Assembly (NCBI GenBank): GCA_036172245.1
Contig: JAYWIR010000013.1
Location: forward strand, 3,534,001-3,598,000
Origin: Raillietiella orientalis
Taxonomy: Eukaryota
Reading direction: 5' to 3'
Length of the DNA: 64,000 bases
In this document: positions 25,301 through 36,100 of the stretch, one piece after another
Layout of the letters: the number at the start of each line of letters is the position of its first letter
Position numbering within the stretch: position 1 is the first letter of the stretch
The notes under the pieces: generated by a model
Told to the model about the DNA's origin: nothing
The model's database searches: none
Seen by the model: only the letters and a program-made list of their open reading frames with translations
Made by a program: the position numbers and the translations under genes

Positions 25301-26287
25301 CTACAGCATCCCGAACTTCTCGGCGCCGCTGTACCACTACGAGTACGCCGACTCACCCCTACCGAGGACCCAGCATCACGGTAAGAAGAGAGAGAGCGCG
25401 CACGCATCTCCGCTGCGAAGGTGGCGGCGTTCCCGTCGGAAGGGCGGCGGCCGCGGCGTGCGATTTTCCCTCCTGGAGGCACGGCTTGGATGCCGCGGGC
25501 AAGGCCGTTCTCCTCCTTCTCTTCCCTCTCCGATGCAGAGGGGGGGGGAAGAAGCCCTTCCCGGTCTCAGAAGACGAGGGGAGCAATGAGGATGAGCGGC
25601 GGGGGCACGATCGGAAACCCTCCGCCGCCTCCAGGGCGCTGCAGCAGTCCTGGCGGACGGGGTTGCCCCGCGAGGACTGCGGGGGCGGCACGAGCGTGGC
25701 ACGGCGCCTCGAGATGCCCCCGGGAGCCGGGTCCCCGAGGGAGAAGAGACACGAGGTTTTCCTCCTTCCTCCGCAGGGGAAAGAGCGGGATTTTCTCGTT
25801 TTGCGGGCAGCCGCCCCGCCATCAGCCGCGCGCCGGGCGACGCGCAGCTCCGGCACGAGCAGAAGTCGTCCGCAGAGGCGATCGAAGTTACGGACGGGGG
25901 AGGAGGGGGGAGAGGGGTGCAGCGGCACGGCAGCGTCTGCCGCGCCGTAGTCACGGAAACGTCGTCGTCGTGCTCGGAGGGGGTGGTGCTCGCTCTGCAC
26001 GGTTGTGAGCTCTGCACCTTTCCCTTGGTGGGAGACGAGGGAGGTCCACTTCGGTCCCTCAGAACATTCGCTGTCCGTCCGCGCACGTGCGATGCCTGTG
26101 TCCAGGAGGAGGGGAAGGGAGGGGAGGACCGCGCGCGCGATGGGGCTGCCGCTGTTGGGGGGCGGAACGAGGCGACCTTGAGGGAGAGGGCGGTACTGCT
26201 CATCCGCCTCTTTTCCGGGATCACATGGGGCTAAGCAGGGCGAGGTCACGCGTTCTGCTTCCACCAGCACCGACCAGTGCGACGTAG
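19314..26287 (+). CDS. Multi-exon gene, unknown ~210-aa Tyr/Arg/His-rich protein; last exon uncertain
   Basis: Exons 19314-19394 (ACCATG; MYDHFDHDWTLHRRTYAPARITRIYPT; donor GTGAGT), 20482-20565 (DPCATSSYQGILVPRYRRILSDVRHSAK; GTGAGC), 23623-23757 (GRILYHLPDYPYRR...SDYAAEDYA; GTCAGT), 24388-24557 (KIEDTMGELMLQTHSLRDRI...; phase 2) and 25238-25380 (DSDGGW...KHYVYSIPNFSAPLYHYEY...; GTAAGA). All phases match. CTGAC branch-like motifs plus pyrimidine tracts precede exons 3 and 4. The final exon probably starts at 26268 (APTSAT*, stop at 26287) or at 26278. AATAAA lies at 26751. Confidence 0.75.
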
Positions 26288-26869
26288 ATATGCAGCCACG
26301 AAAGTCCCTGCCGCCGCCGGCACTGGCACTGCTCGTCGAAGCGTCCTCGGGAGTCGGTGGAAGAGAGTCGGGAACTTGGACGAAGGCGCCTTCGTCTGTC
26401 CCTCGGACGCGACGCCTCCCTCCGCCGGGACATCCATCGCCTTCCTGGATCCCCGAACCCTCTCTCCCTTACCTCTTCTTCTCCCCTCCGTCCTACCGGG
26501 AGAGGTCCGCGCGACCCCTGGGTGAGCGATATGAGAACGTTGCCCGGCAACTCCCGCGCACGGCCCAGACAGCTGCTCGTGAGGAACGGAGAAAGATGGG
26601 AAGCGCTCCAGTCGGGATCTTCTCATATCCCTGAGAACACGCAAGGCTCACGAGAGACCCTCTCTCCCCCCTCCCTCTCCCCCCCATCGATCCGATAAAC
26701 TCTTCCTTCTCCCTCCAGAGTCGTCCTTAAAGTTCTCACCGAGGTCTAAAAATAAAACCGTATTAATTTCCCCGCAACCCTGAAAGTTCCCGTTGACCAT
26801 GCAGCGCCCTTCCTCCCGCACGCTCTTTCTGGGAGCGGGCTGTCGCTTCCTCCCCCTCTTCTTCCTTTA

Positions 26870-29650
26870 CCTGGGACCGGTCGAAGAGTCCTTGGACCAC
26901 ACTTTGCAGCTGGCGGGAACACGGATGCGGAAGTCAGGAGCGCCACCTGCCTTTCTCCGGCCACCTTGCACAAGTGCGGGGGGGTGGAGTGAGGGAGTGA
27001 ATCGGCTCATTGGCGGCACGATCGGCCGGGTCCTCTGATGGCTGCTCTGGGCTCGAAACCGCATCGAGGTGAAGTTCAAAGTCCAGGAAGAGGAACAGAG
27101 ATCCGCTGCCGCCGAGAGGCGTCGACTGGGCTCTTCTTGACTGGGATCTTCGACCCCTCCAAGGACGCGAGTGTGGGCTGCCTTTCCGTCGACGTGGTCC
27201 GCGGAAGAGCGTTTGGAAGAGGAGCGAAGGCAAGGGGGTCCTGGATCTTGACTGCAGGGGTCCAGTGCAGTATGCCTTCCTCCGCAGCACGCGAAAGCAA
27301 AATCCCGAAATCCCTGAGGAAAGCTCTCCTGCCTCGCGCAGCCAAGGGGAAGATTCTTCGAGGAAGAACATTCGGAAACCGGCTCCGGATCTGGACTCGG
27401 GAGCGTCGCCCATCTCTTCCGCGCGAGAAGAGGGGGAGTAGGAAAGCTGGACCTCTCGCCACGGCACGCTTCCGGGAGGAGGGATCGTCATCTGCATATC
27501 TGGAGCCGTTTGTGCGGTCGCCCCTGGTTGGAACCTGAGGAAGCAGCCGCCTTCTCCCCACATGGACGACCAAGAGACCAGAAGGAAGCGCACAGGCACG
27601 CCTCCCGGTCGGTCTCTGGATGTGCCCACGCGGCGAGGGCGCTCCGCCGCTCCCGGAAAATCTCCAACCTGGGACGGGATCTCGACGTGGGAGGGAGGGT
27701 ACCTGGTAGGGGCGCCTGGGGACCGACTGTTCACGCGGCTCCCGAGACGGGCGGACGGACAAACGTAACTCCAGGCGTCCCCGCTGGTCACGTCGACGGT
27801 CCCTCCAGAGGCGGAGACCGCAGTCTCTGTGAAGAGACTCCTTCTACTCCGGCAGCGGTGTGGAAGGCGTTCCCGGACTCTGCGCCACCTCGCCTTTAGC
27901 TTTCCTGCCCCCGGGGCGACAAGTCCGGAGAAAGGGAGCGACTTCCGTTACGACTCTCGCACGTCTCCGTCTCCAGGCTCCTGCCGTCCTCGCTTCGAGG
28001 TCGGCTGCTGCTCCCTCATAGGCACGGACGGGAACCTGCAGCTTGCGGAGCCACTCCGCTGCCCTCTGTTCCCGTTCGACCATTCAGGACACTTCCGGAA
28101 GTCCAACCACGTACTCATCGAGGGTCACTGAGGTAGCATCTCCCGTTCGCCTCCGTCCCCTGGATCTCCCCATTCCGGATGGGATGGTGAGGTGGGGGGG
28201 GGGGGGGGGAAGCAGCGTGTCCCTTCGGAGAGGAGGAGGAGAGGGAAGAGGAGCGGCTCCTTCTCGGCTTTCGGTTGCCTCCCGAACTGCTGAATTCGAG
28301 GGATCTGCTCCAGGGAGTGGATGACCCCGGTGGCTGCTCTCTGTGGACTCCTCTAACTCGGCAAGGCTCCGCGGAGCAGTGCGGGGCGAGCCAGGCCGGG
28401 AAACCCCAGAGTTCCTGGTTCCGCACGATCACCCCCTGGTCACGCGAGCGCACAGTGCCCGGCCGGCCCGAGGCACCACCAGCAGCCGCTGTCGGCGCAG
28501 AGCCTCCCCCTCCCTCTTTGGCGCTCCATGGGCTCCAGAGGAAGGAATAGAGATCCTGGTAGCTCGGACAGGGAAGGGGGAAGTAGTTGAGGGGCTCGGA
28601 TATCGAGGAGGGCAGTGAACGTGGGAAGGAATCCGGGTAGGGGCGCGGCATTCGAGTGCCCTTCCCACTTGGTCTTCTGGGACTCTGCGCTGGAGAGGAG
28701 GATGGTGAAGGAGACAAAAAGGAGGAGGAGAGCAGATTGAAGACGAAGAGGAAAGGGGGAAGGGGGGAAAGAGGAGGAAGAGGAGAGAAGGAGAGGAAGA
28801 GGAGGAGGAGATATGTTTCGGGAGCTGAAGGATGACCGCACCGTCTTGCGGGACAGATGTGCTACGCGCTCTTGAAGAGCACGTAGCACATCTAGGGGCA
28901 GAAGAGAACGGGAAGAGGCTGCAGAAGTGCTACCTTTGCACGTTCTTCGAGGTCGATCAGTCGCTGCTTCTGCCGCGGAAGCGGAGGGGAGCTAGTGGGT
29001 CCCCGCGCCACCGGTTTCGAAGGCGAAGCTACCCCTTGGGCAATCTGGAATCCTGTCCTTTGTCCACGCCGTGAGAGACGCTGGTCGTCACTTCCTTTCT
29101 TCTCCCTATGCCTCCAGCGCCTTTTTTTTCCTTCTTGACACCACATTCCTTGCACTGCTGCTGACCTCTCCCTCTCCAATGAGTCACCCCGCAGGCACTA
29201 GCCTCCCGATCCGCTTCGCGCATGACCCCTTCGTTCGTGTGTCACGGACCTCATCCCTCAGCGCGAGAGACTCCCGATCACCGCGTGCTAAGGGAGCTGA
29301 TGGGCGGTAACCAGGTAGCCGGGGAGAAGCCTAGGCGGTCCTCGGAGTCCCTCCGCTTCTCGAAGTGCGGACCGACATCGGTGAGGGGCCACCCTCCCGT
29401 GATCGCGCGCCTCCTCCCTTGTGGCTAGGAAGGAGTTGGGATCGTCGGGACAACTGCTTCAAGCCATTCCTCCCATGAGAAGATCTGTCATGACTGTTGT
29501 CAGGAGACCACCGGCTCTCGCAAGGCTGCCGATGTTCATCTTCCTTCCAGCATACCATATGGCCGCTTCTCCGGAATGAAGCTTTCCGGAACTTCTCGTT
29601 TTCGCTGAATTTCCGCTCCTGAACCATCCCGTCTCCATGCGACGAGGTCT
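26870..29650 (-). CDS. Probable multi-exon gene of unknown product (model unresolved)
   Basis: Coding-like segments on the minus strand, some bounded by splice signals: MVQERKFSENEKFRKASFRRSGHM|GTATGC (~29627-29556); a 42-nt GT..AG intron at ~28933-28892; DVLRALQERVAHLSRKT|GTGCGG; EPLNYFPLPCPSYQDLYSFLWSPW (~28600-28525); REQRAAEWLRKLQ; AFLRDFGILLSRAAEEGILHW...SKIPVKKSP. I could not join the frames uniquely. Confidence 0.4.
28855..28893. repeat. Near-perfect 39-bp palindrome
   Basis: agatgtgctacgcgctctt-g-aagagcacgtagcacatct: 19-bp arms, 1-nt spacer, one mismatch. Confidence 0.95.
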
Positions 29651-30747
29651 GCCTAGTCTCTCAGGGCGGGGAAAACAACATGGAGCTCCGCTCTTCGTGA
29701 AAACAACATCGAGCTCCTTTTCCGCCGACGCTCTTCTATCACTCCTCTAGGAACGAGGAAGGCGCGTCCAGGGCATTCCTGTGCACACACCCGACCCTTG
29801 GGACGGGCTGCTGTGCGTCCAAAGCTCCCCCATCGGAACTCGCGCGCTTGTCGTGCCACCGTCACGGTTGCGTGGCGCGGATGCGGCTCTTCTGGAGTCT
29901 GGGCTATGCGGGTGCGAGCGCTGAGACCGGGTTCTCTTCGCTCTACGTCCTCGTCCCGCCCGCCTGCTGTCCGTCGCCGCGAGGCGACGAGCTCGGGTCG
30001 CGCGGCAGTCAGGCAGGGCGGGCGCAGGGGCATCTCGCGGCATCGCTGCCAATCAGCGGTGACAGCACTCCGCGTGCAGGTTCCTCGGCATGTGAGCGTG
30101 TCTGGGGAAAGGGAGGAGGGTGAGGGTGGGGGTAAAAGATCCATCCTTCGTCCTACTTGGGATAGAGAGAGGCAGAGAAGTTCTGCGAGTCTTCTCTCTT
30201 GCCATTCGTGGAACCTTTCCGGAACCGGGTCGGCCGCGGGAGAAGCTCAGTTGTCCGTTTAGGGAGCCATGACGGGAGAAGTCAGCATCTTCTCCGGCGG
30301 AAATGCCGAAATCGACATCAGGAAAGTGGGAGGGCTTTTCCGAGCTCGGTCGTGAAAATGGGAAAGAGGCCTCCCGAAGATTTTTCATGGAATGCGCTTT
30401 CCTGCCCCCACCCTCCTCGTCTCTGGCTGAAGAGGAACCGGGGAGCACATTTCGGGGATTCCGGGTTTCCCGCGCCTCCCTGCCGCCACCGTCGCCGCCT
30501 TCCCTTTCGTCGTTTGTCCTCCCGCTGCAGTCGCAACATGGGTTGCCGCCGGGCCGCTGTCGTTTGGCGTGCCTTGTAGTTGCCGCCGTCGTCACCGTCG
30601 CCCTTTTCCCTCTGAGCCTTCGCCCTCCTCTCGCCGTCGCCCGTGGATCGGGGAAGGGGGGAGGAGGGAAGCCGGTGCGCGCCAGTCTCCCCCCTTTCTT
30701 CCGGGAAGGATGCGGATCAGGGACTACCTCTCTCTACTTCCTTACAG

Positions 30748-32409
30748 ACGTCAGCTCCAAGTACTCTCTGCTGCACCTGACCGATCCGCTCCTGAACTCC
30801 TATGGCGGAGGAGGGACTCACACGAGGGCCTTCGGAGGCAGCGGCGTCCCGCGCCTCTCGGACGAGCCTCACCAGGTGGGCCCTGCTCTGTACCGCCCCC
30901 TCCGGGCCTGAACTCTCCCTTCTTCCCCCAGAGGGTCCACAGGAGGTTCCGGCCATTCAGGGATCACGCTAAGAGGAACGTCGACCTGCATCTTGGGAGC
31001 TCCTTCGTTCCCGCTCCGAGGGATTTCTCTGCGACGGTCCCCAGCGTGACCTCCGTCTCTAGGGCGGCACCTCCGAGGACGTCCTACGAGCCCAGGGAGG
31101 CGGCGACCCCCACGGAGCCACGGGAGACGCTGCCGCCTTCCCCCTGCGAGGAGCGCCCGCCGCGGGCGCGCTCCGGGGAGAGGGAGGAGGAGGCCGTGGA
31201 GAGCGCTCCTCCGGCCGCCGCCCGGGAAGACGTGGAGGCTCCCCTCGAGGAGCGGGAAGTCTCGGAGAGACCGCCGTCCCCGCAGGAGGAGAAGGAGGTG
31301 ACTCGGGCCGCGCGCGCGCACGCTGGAGCGCTGGCGCCCGAGATTGGCTGCCTGGCGCGCCGGCGGTCCGCTGCCGAGGGGCGCGCGACCCCCTTCCGGG
31401 ACGAAGATGTGTCCGTTCTCAGGTCAAGAAGGAAGAGTCCGTGGAGGTCCTTCCCGAAGAGGTCAAGGCGACAGAGAAGGAGGTCAGCGATGCGCCTCAG
31501 AAGCCGTCGCCGCCGCCCCCAGCCAAGGACCCCGTCGAGGCGGCTCCTTCCAAGAAGGCCAGTAGCGCGCCTGCTAAGGCGAAGAAGAAGGCGGGGGTGA
31601 AGTCCAAGAAGGACGCCGAGGAGGAAGAGGGAGGACATCCCTCGAAGAAAGGTCAGCTTGACCCCCCCCTCCCCACCCGAGGGGTTTGAGTGAGATCATC
31701 GCCGGGTGCAACCTGAAGGAGGGAATCAATCCCCAGAAGCCGCGAACGCCAAGGTCACTACCTCCGGAGTCGTCAGCGGGGCGGAAAGCAGCAGCGCCGA
31801 GAAGACGAGCGAGGTGAGCAGGTTCAACGAGGTGGTGGTGGTCAGCTCCGGAAGGTCTTGTTGCTCCCCCTCCTTCCTTTTCGCCTTCAGAAAGGTGCAC
31901 TGCCGGAAAGTTGTCCGCCCTCTTCGGTGCCGGCTGACTCGAATGCTGCCGCTGACTCCGCACCGCCGACCGCCCGGGGTGTGCCGTCCCAGGGAACCAC
32001 CACCACCGGTGGCGGTGACGACGACGAGGAGGCTGCCGCGGCGGCGGCCGCCGAGAAGGCGGCGCTAGAGGCGGAGAAGAGGCGCCGGTCCATCCTGCTG
32101 GACGACGAAGACCCCTGGAAGGACCTGGACGAGGGAAACGTCTCCCCCCAAAAGGAGGGCGAGCAGGAGGGGGAGAACAAAGGACCGAGCCAGGAGAGCC
32201 CCCCTCCCCCGGGAGCTGAGCCGAGTCCGGCGGCGGCCGAGCAAAAGGCGCCGCCTCCAGAGGGCACCAACTCCGCGTCGGACGCGGTGGCCACGTCCCA
32301 GGCGGACGAGATCAGCACCGAGGAGGACGCGGAGAGCATCCTCATGGAGGAAAGGATGAAGAAGAGGAGGAGCACGGTCTTCGAGGAAGATGAGAATCTC
32401 TGGGGATGA
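30748..32409 (+). CDS. Multi-exon gene (5' end unresolved), acidic Pro/Glu/Lys/Ala-rich disordered protein
   Basis: Exons 30748-30875 (DVSSKYSLLHLTDPLLNSY...), 30932-31297, 31423-31651, 31719-31813 and 31891-32409 (stop TGA). Introns of 56, 125, 67 and 77 nt are all GT..AG and phase-consistent. Codons are strongly GC3-biased. The start exon is probably within 30270-30675 but I could not resolve it. Confidence 0.8.
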
Positions 32410-32924
32410 CCTCCGGGGCTGTGACCACCCGCGTTCGAAATAGAGTTTTCCTTATCTTTCTGGCATGCGAACGGGTCGTCTATGTATCTTCTGCTCTTTC
32501 CCCCTCGCCTCCCGGGCGGCGGCAAGGACCTCCGTCCTGGGAGCGAGGAGGAGGTTTCCCGTGGTGAACGGGTATGCAAGGGGAGGGGAGGGAAGGGTGT
32601 CGCTTGGAGCACCCCCTTCCCTCGACAGGGCTGCCGTAGGAGGGAGCGTCCGGTCCCCTATCCTACTGACCTGGTTGCGGGGAGGAGGGGCCCCAGATCC
32701 CGGTCAAAGCAGCAGCGGGAACAGGGGGCGGGCGGCGGAGGGACCGTCATCCGCAGCATCCTCGCGGCAGACTTCTATCTTTGGATCCATCGGAAAGAAG
32801 CGGAGGATCTGCCTACAAGATGGACACGGAGGCAAGAACGGGGGTGGGGTGGGAAACGGAGGGACGCCACATGACGTTTCCGCTAGCGTCCTGTGGAACT
32901 CCCAGTTTCTTCACGTTCCTCGAA

Positions 32925-33125
32925 CAGGTACCACCATCACCACCACCGCTGCTGTTTACCGTTACTGGCACCACCGTTGACACTGCGATTTTCGTCACGG
33001 ATATTCTTCATCACCGTCATCACCACCATGAGCATCACAGTTGCCATCGCATTTACTGTCAGGGTCACCGTCGCCGTTGCTGTGACCACCGTTCATCATC
33101 ATCTTCATTGTCGCGGTCTTCGTCG
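32925..33125. repeat. Cryptic, degenerate (CAY/ACC)n trinucleotide repeat
   Basis: Runs of caccatcaccaccacc, catcaccgtcatcaccaccat and catcatcatcttcatt give His-, Thr/Ile- or Ser/Pro-rich translations depending on frame. Confidence 0.7.
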
Positions 33126-36100
33126 TCAGGCAGCCGCTCAGTGACGGTCACCGGTCCCCCGCCGATCCAGGAGGAATCTGCCCGAGTGGCACGCACCATG
33201 CGTTGCCACTGCTTCCGCCTGCGGTTTCCCCGCGGGATCCTACAGCTTGCCGCATAGATCCGAAAGGTGATGCGAAGAGGGGCTTGTCCCACAGGTTCCC
33301 GTAGCCTCTCTCCGGCCAGGTCAGGGCCATCTCCTTTCCTTCGGACCTGCGGCAGCTCCAGCTGCCGCAACTTCCCCTTGCGGTGACGCCGAAGAAGAGT
33401 GCTCGAGGAGGCACGAGAAGAGCCTACGGGGAACAGGGAGGGTGGGGAAACCCAAGTGATAGAATCGAAGATGCCGAAAAAGCCCTAGGAGACAGGAACT
33501 TCTGGGGAACCGCACCTTCAGGAGACGAGACAGGGCGGCGGAGTTCTGCTACCGGAGTCTGGAGACACTCTCGTGCCCTGAAGGCAGCCACCGCCACCTC
33601 CCTTCCTTCGAACCTCCCCGCGAGTCTTCTTTCCGGTCCCGACGACGCCGAACGGGAGCAACGAGCGCAGTGAGATCCGAAGCGGATGCTGCTGCCTCAC
33701 AGGACCGCTTGCTCGAGACGAGATGAAGTCGACGACGAATCGCCTTCCCCCTCCTCCTAATCAATGCAAGCCATTTACGAGGTGCCCCCCTCCTCTCCCC
33801 AATAAAGGACGTTCTGAGCGATCCGTGGCGGTTGCGTAAGGTCCAGTAGATTTACGTTTCTCCGGTCTCGCGACCGTGAGCCGCTTCGGCCTTTCTCCAA
33901 GAACTGCGTTCAGATCTCTAGTTCCCCTCCCCCTCTATCATCAATGGAGTCGTCTCGGTGCAAGTTCCTGTTTTTTCTCTCCCTTCCTCTGAAACGCGCA
34001 CCAAGAAAAAAAAAAAAAAAAGGATCGGAATGAGAGCACCGCTTCGCCATCTAGCGACACTTCCGGAAACCCCAGGAGCATGGGATTACAACGCGTTCCT
34101 GACCGTCCTTAGAAGCGCCAGGAAGCAGTGCCGGCCTCTGCAGAAGGGGCACCTCGTCATGCACACCCGACGCTCACCCGCGTGAAGAGGGAGGAAGAAG
34201 AAAAAAAAACTGCTTTTTTTGATGCCGAAATCTGTACGCCTTCCACAGCCGCGTGCCACTCATGCCGCACCGTCAACGATGATTTATCGGAAAACGGAAG
34301 CAGACCTCATATCTCCTCCTTTCAGAACAAAAGTGCCAAATAATAAAGACCGATTACCGAAGAGGGTTCCTATGGGCACGGCGTCACGGAACGGAGCAAA
34401 TGAGTCGTTAAGCCTTCGCCCGGAATCCTTCGTGCGGAATTTTCCCCCAAAGACCGGTTTCCCGAAGTCCGCGTTCCACTTGCTCGTGTCTTTATCACTC
34501 CGGGAGCGGCTACGCGGACATCAGTCGGGAGCAGTTCGCAAGTGTGCGGTTGCTTTGGGGAACACCTTGGCAGATGCATCTTCCACTGTCAGCGGATTTT
34601 GGCACCTTCCCGACTCGCGGAATTCACGGAGAAATTTCGTGCGCTGCTAGAGATGTCAGAGGCTGATGCTAGGTGCAAGAACCGCGATAGGCAGCCGTGC
34701 GTGCCGGCGAATCGACACCTTCTGTGCGTGCCGCAGAGGAATGCCTGCTCCGTTCCGTCAATAGATGGCAATGGCTCAGCAAGGAAACGACCAGGGGCCT
34801 CGGAGCGAAGAAGGGCAGCGTTCCAGACGGGATCACTCGAGAGAAGCAGGCAGCGGCGAAGGGGACGAGCGGTTTCTGAAACTCCTGGGAAACCTGTCCC
34901 GACCTCCCCTGGGCATCGCAGAGAGGACACTGCGTGCCATGGAGAGAGAAGAGTTTCCGCATCCTTCCTTGGCGCGGGGGCTTTGCGGTCTCGCAGCCGC
35001 GCGGAGTCAGCTCTGACCTCCTGCCGTGCAGCAGGTCAGACATAGGTCGCACCTATCTTCCTCTAGGCCCTTCCATACAGCGGTGTCGTCTTCCGACTTT
35101 TCTCCCCGATCGATTCGCTCCCGAATTCACTCTCCGAGCGCTGCAGCAGAAGGGAGCAAAATGGACGACCACGCCGCTAGCGCTCCTAGCGAGCGTCCCT
35201 AAGCCGGGACGCCGGAGTCCGCAGGGAGAGCGGGCAGTAGCCGACGACGCCACTGGAGAGTGGGGCTGTTGCGCGCCTACGATACCGCATTGCTGTGGTG
35301 AGTAACACCCCTCCTTCTTCCTTGAGAAGAGAGAGAGAAAGAGACGTTCTCGCCTCTCCATTCCTGGAGAGTCCTGCAGACAACCTTGGAGAAGATCTGT
35401 GCCTCGCTGCGCCATCGCACTACACTGAAGTCCATGTTTCTACCACGTAGACGATGCTCTGCGCCAGCGCATCCTGTCAAGAGGGTGGATGAGGGGGCGT
35501 AGGAGCGTGCGCGCGTAGGAGGTGCGCCAGCCCACCTGCCTGCCACCTGCCGGCGAGCGACGTAGGCGGCGCTTGGGGCGGCCTCCTCGGCCGCCCGCGC
35601 GCGGGAGAAGGCTGTCCTCTTCGGAGCGGAACCGCAAAGGCTCCAGGAAAATCGCTCCCCGCCCCTCCGGTCCCAAAGGGGCCGAGTTTGCGTTACTGAG
35701 AGGCGTCGTAGCGTGGACATTTGGAAGAGGCCCCACGCGCGCACATTCTTACCCCCGTAGCCCTCCTCCTGCTGTCCAGGAGGCCCCCTACCAGCCCCGT
35801 CTGCCCGTTCTACGCACCACCATTTTATCCCGCCGCTCACCGCCCTGCGTATGTGTGAGGACGGATGGTTGGCCTGCCATGGGGCTGTGCTGCTTCCTGC
35901 CCGCCTGCGACGGCGCCCGGGAGCGACCGTTCGAGGTGCTGCTCCCAGGAGTACGCGAGCGACACCCGCAGGATGACCTTGGGCGGCAAGGGCGAGGACT
36001 CGCCCGCTGGGGCCGCGCGCCTGTCGCGGCACAGCGCCTTCGCCCGACTCCTCCCCCGGGTAGGTGGCTCCACGGCTCCCTCGTGCGCGCCACCGTGTCC

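Noticed and set aside
30755..30805. YSLLHLTDPLLNSY resembling the FSIP2/ERICH3 N-terminal YxSLxDxHL motif
   Set aside because: Only a few residues match and the following basic/LITxxG segment is absent, so no symbol was assigned.
32781..33257. His/Cys-rich ORF (HHRHHHHEHHSCHRIYC)
   Set aside because: Explained by a cryptic CAY-type trinucleotide repeat that is open in several frames. A transcript ending at AATAAA 33801 cannot be excluded.
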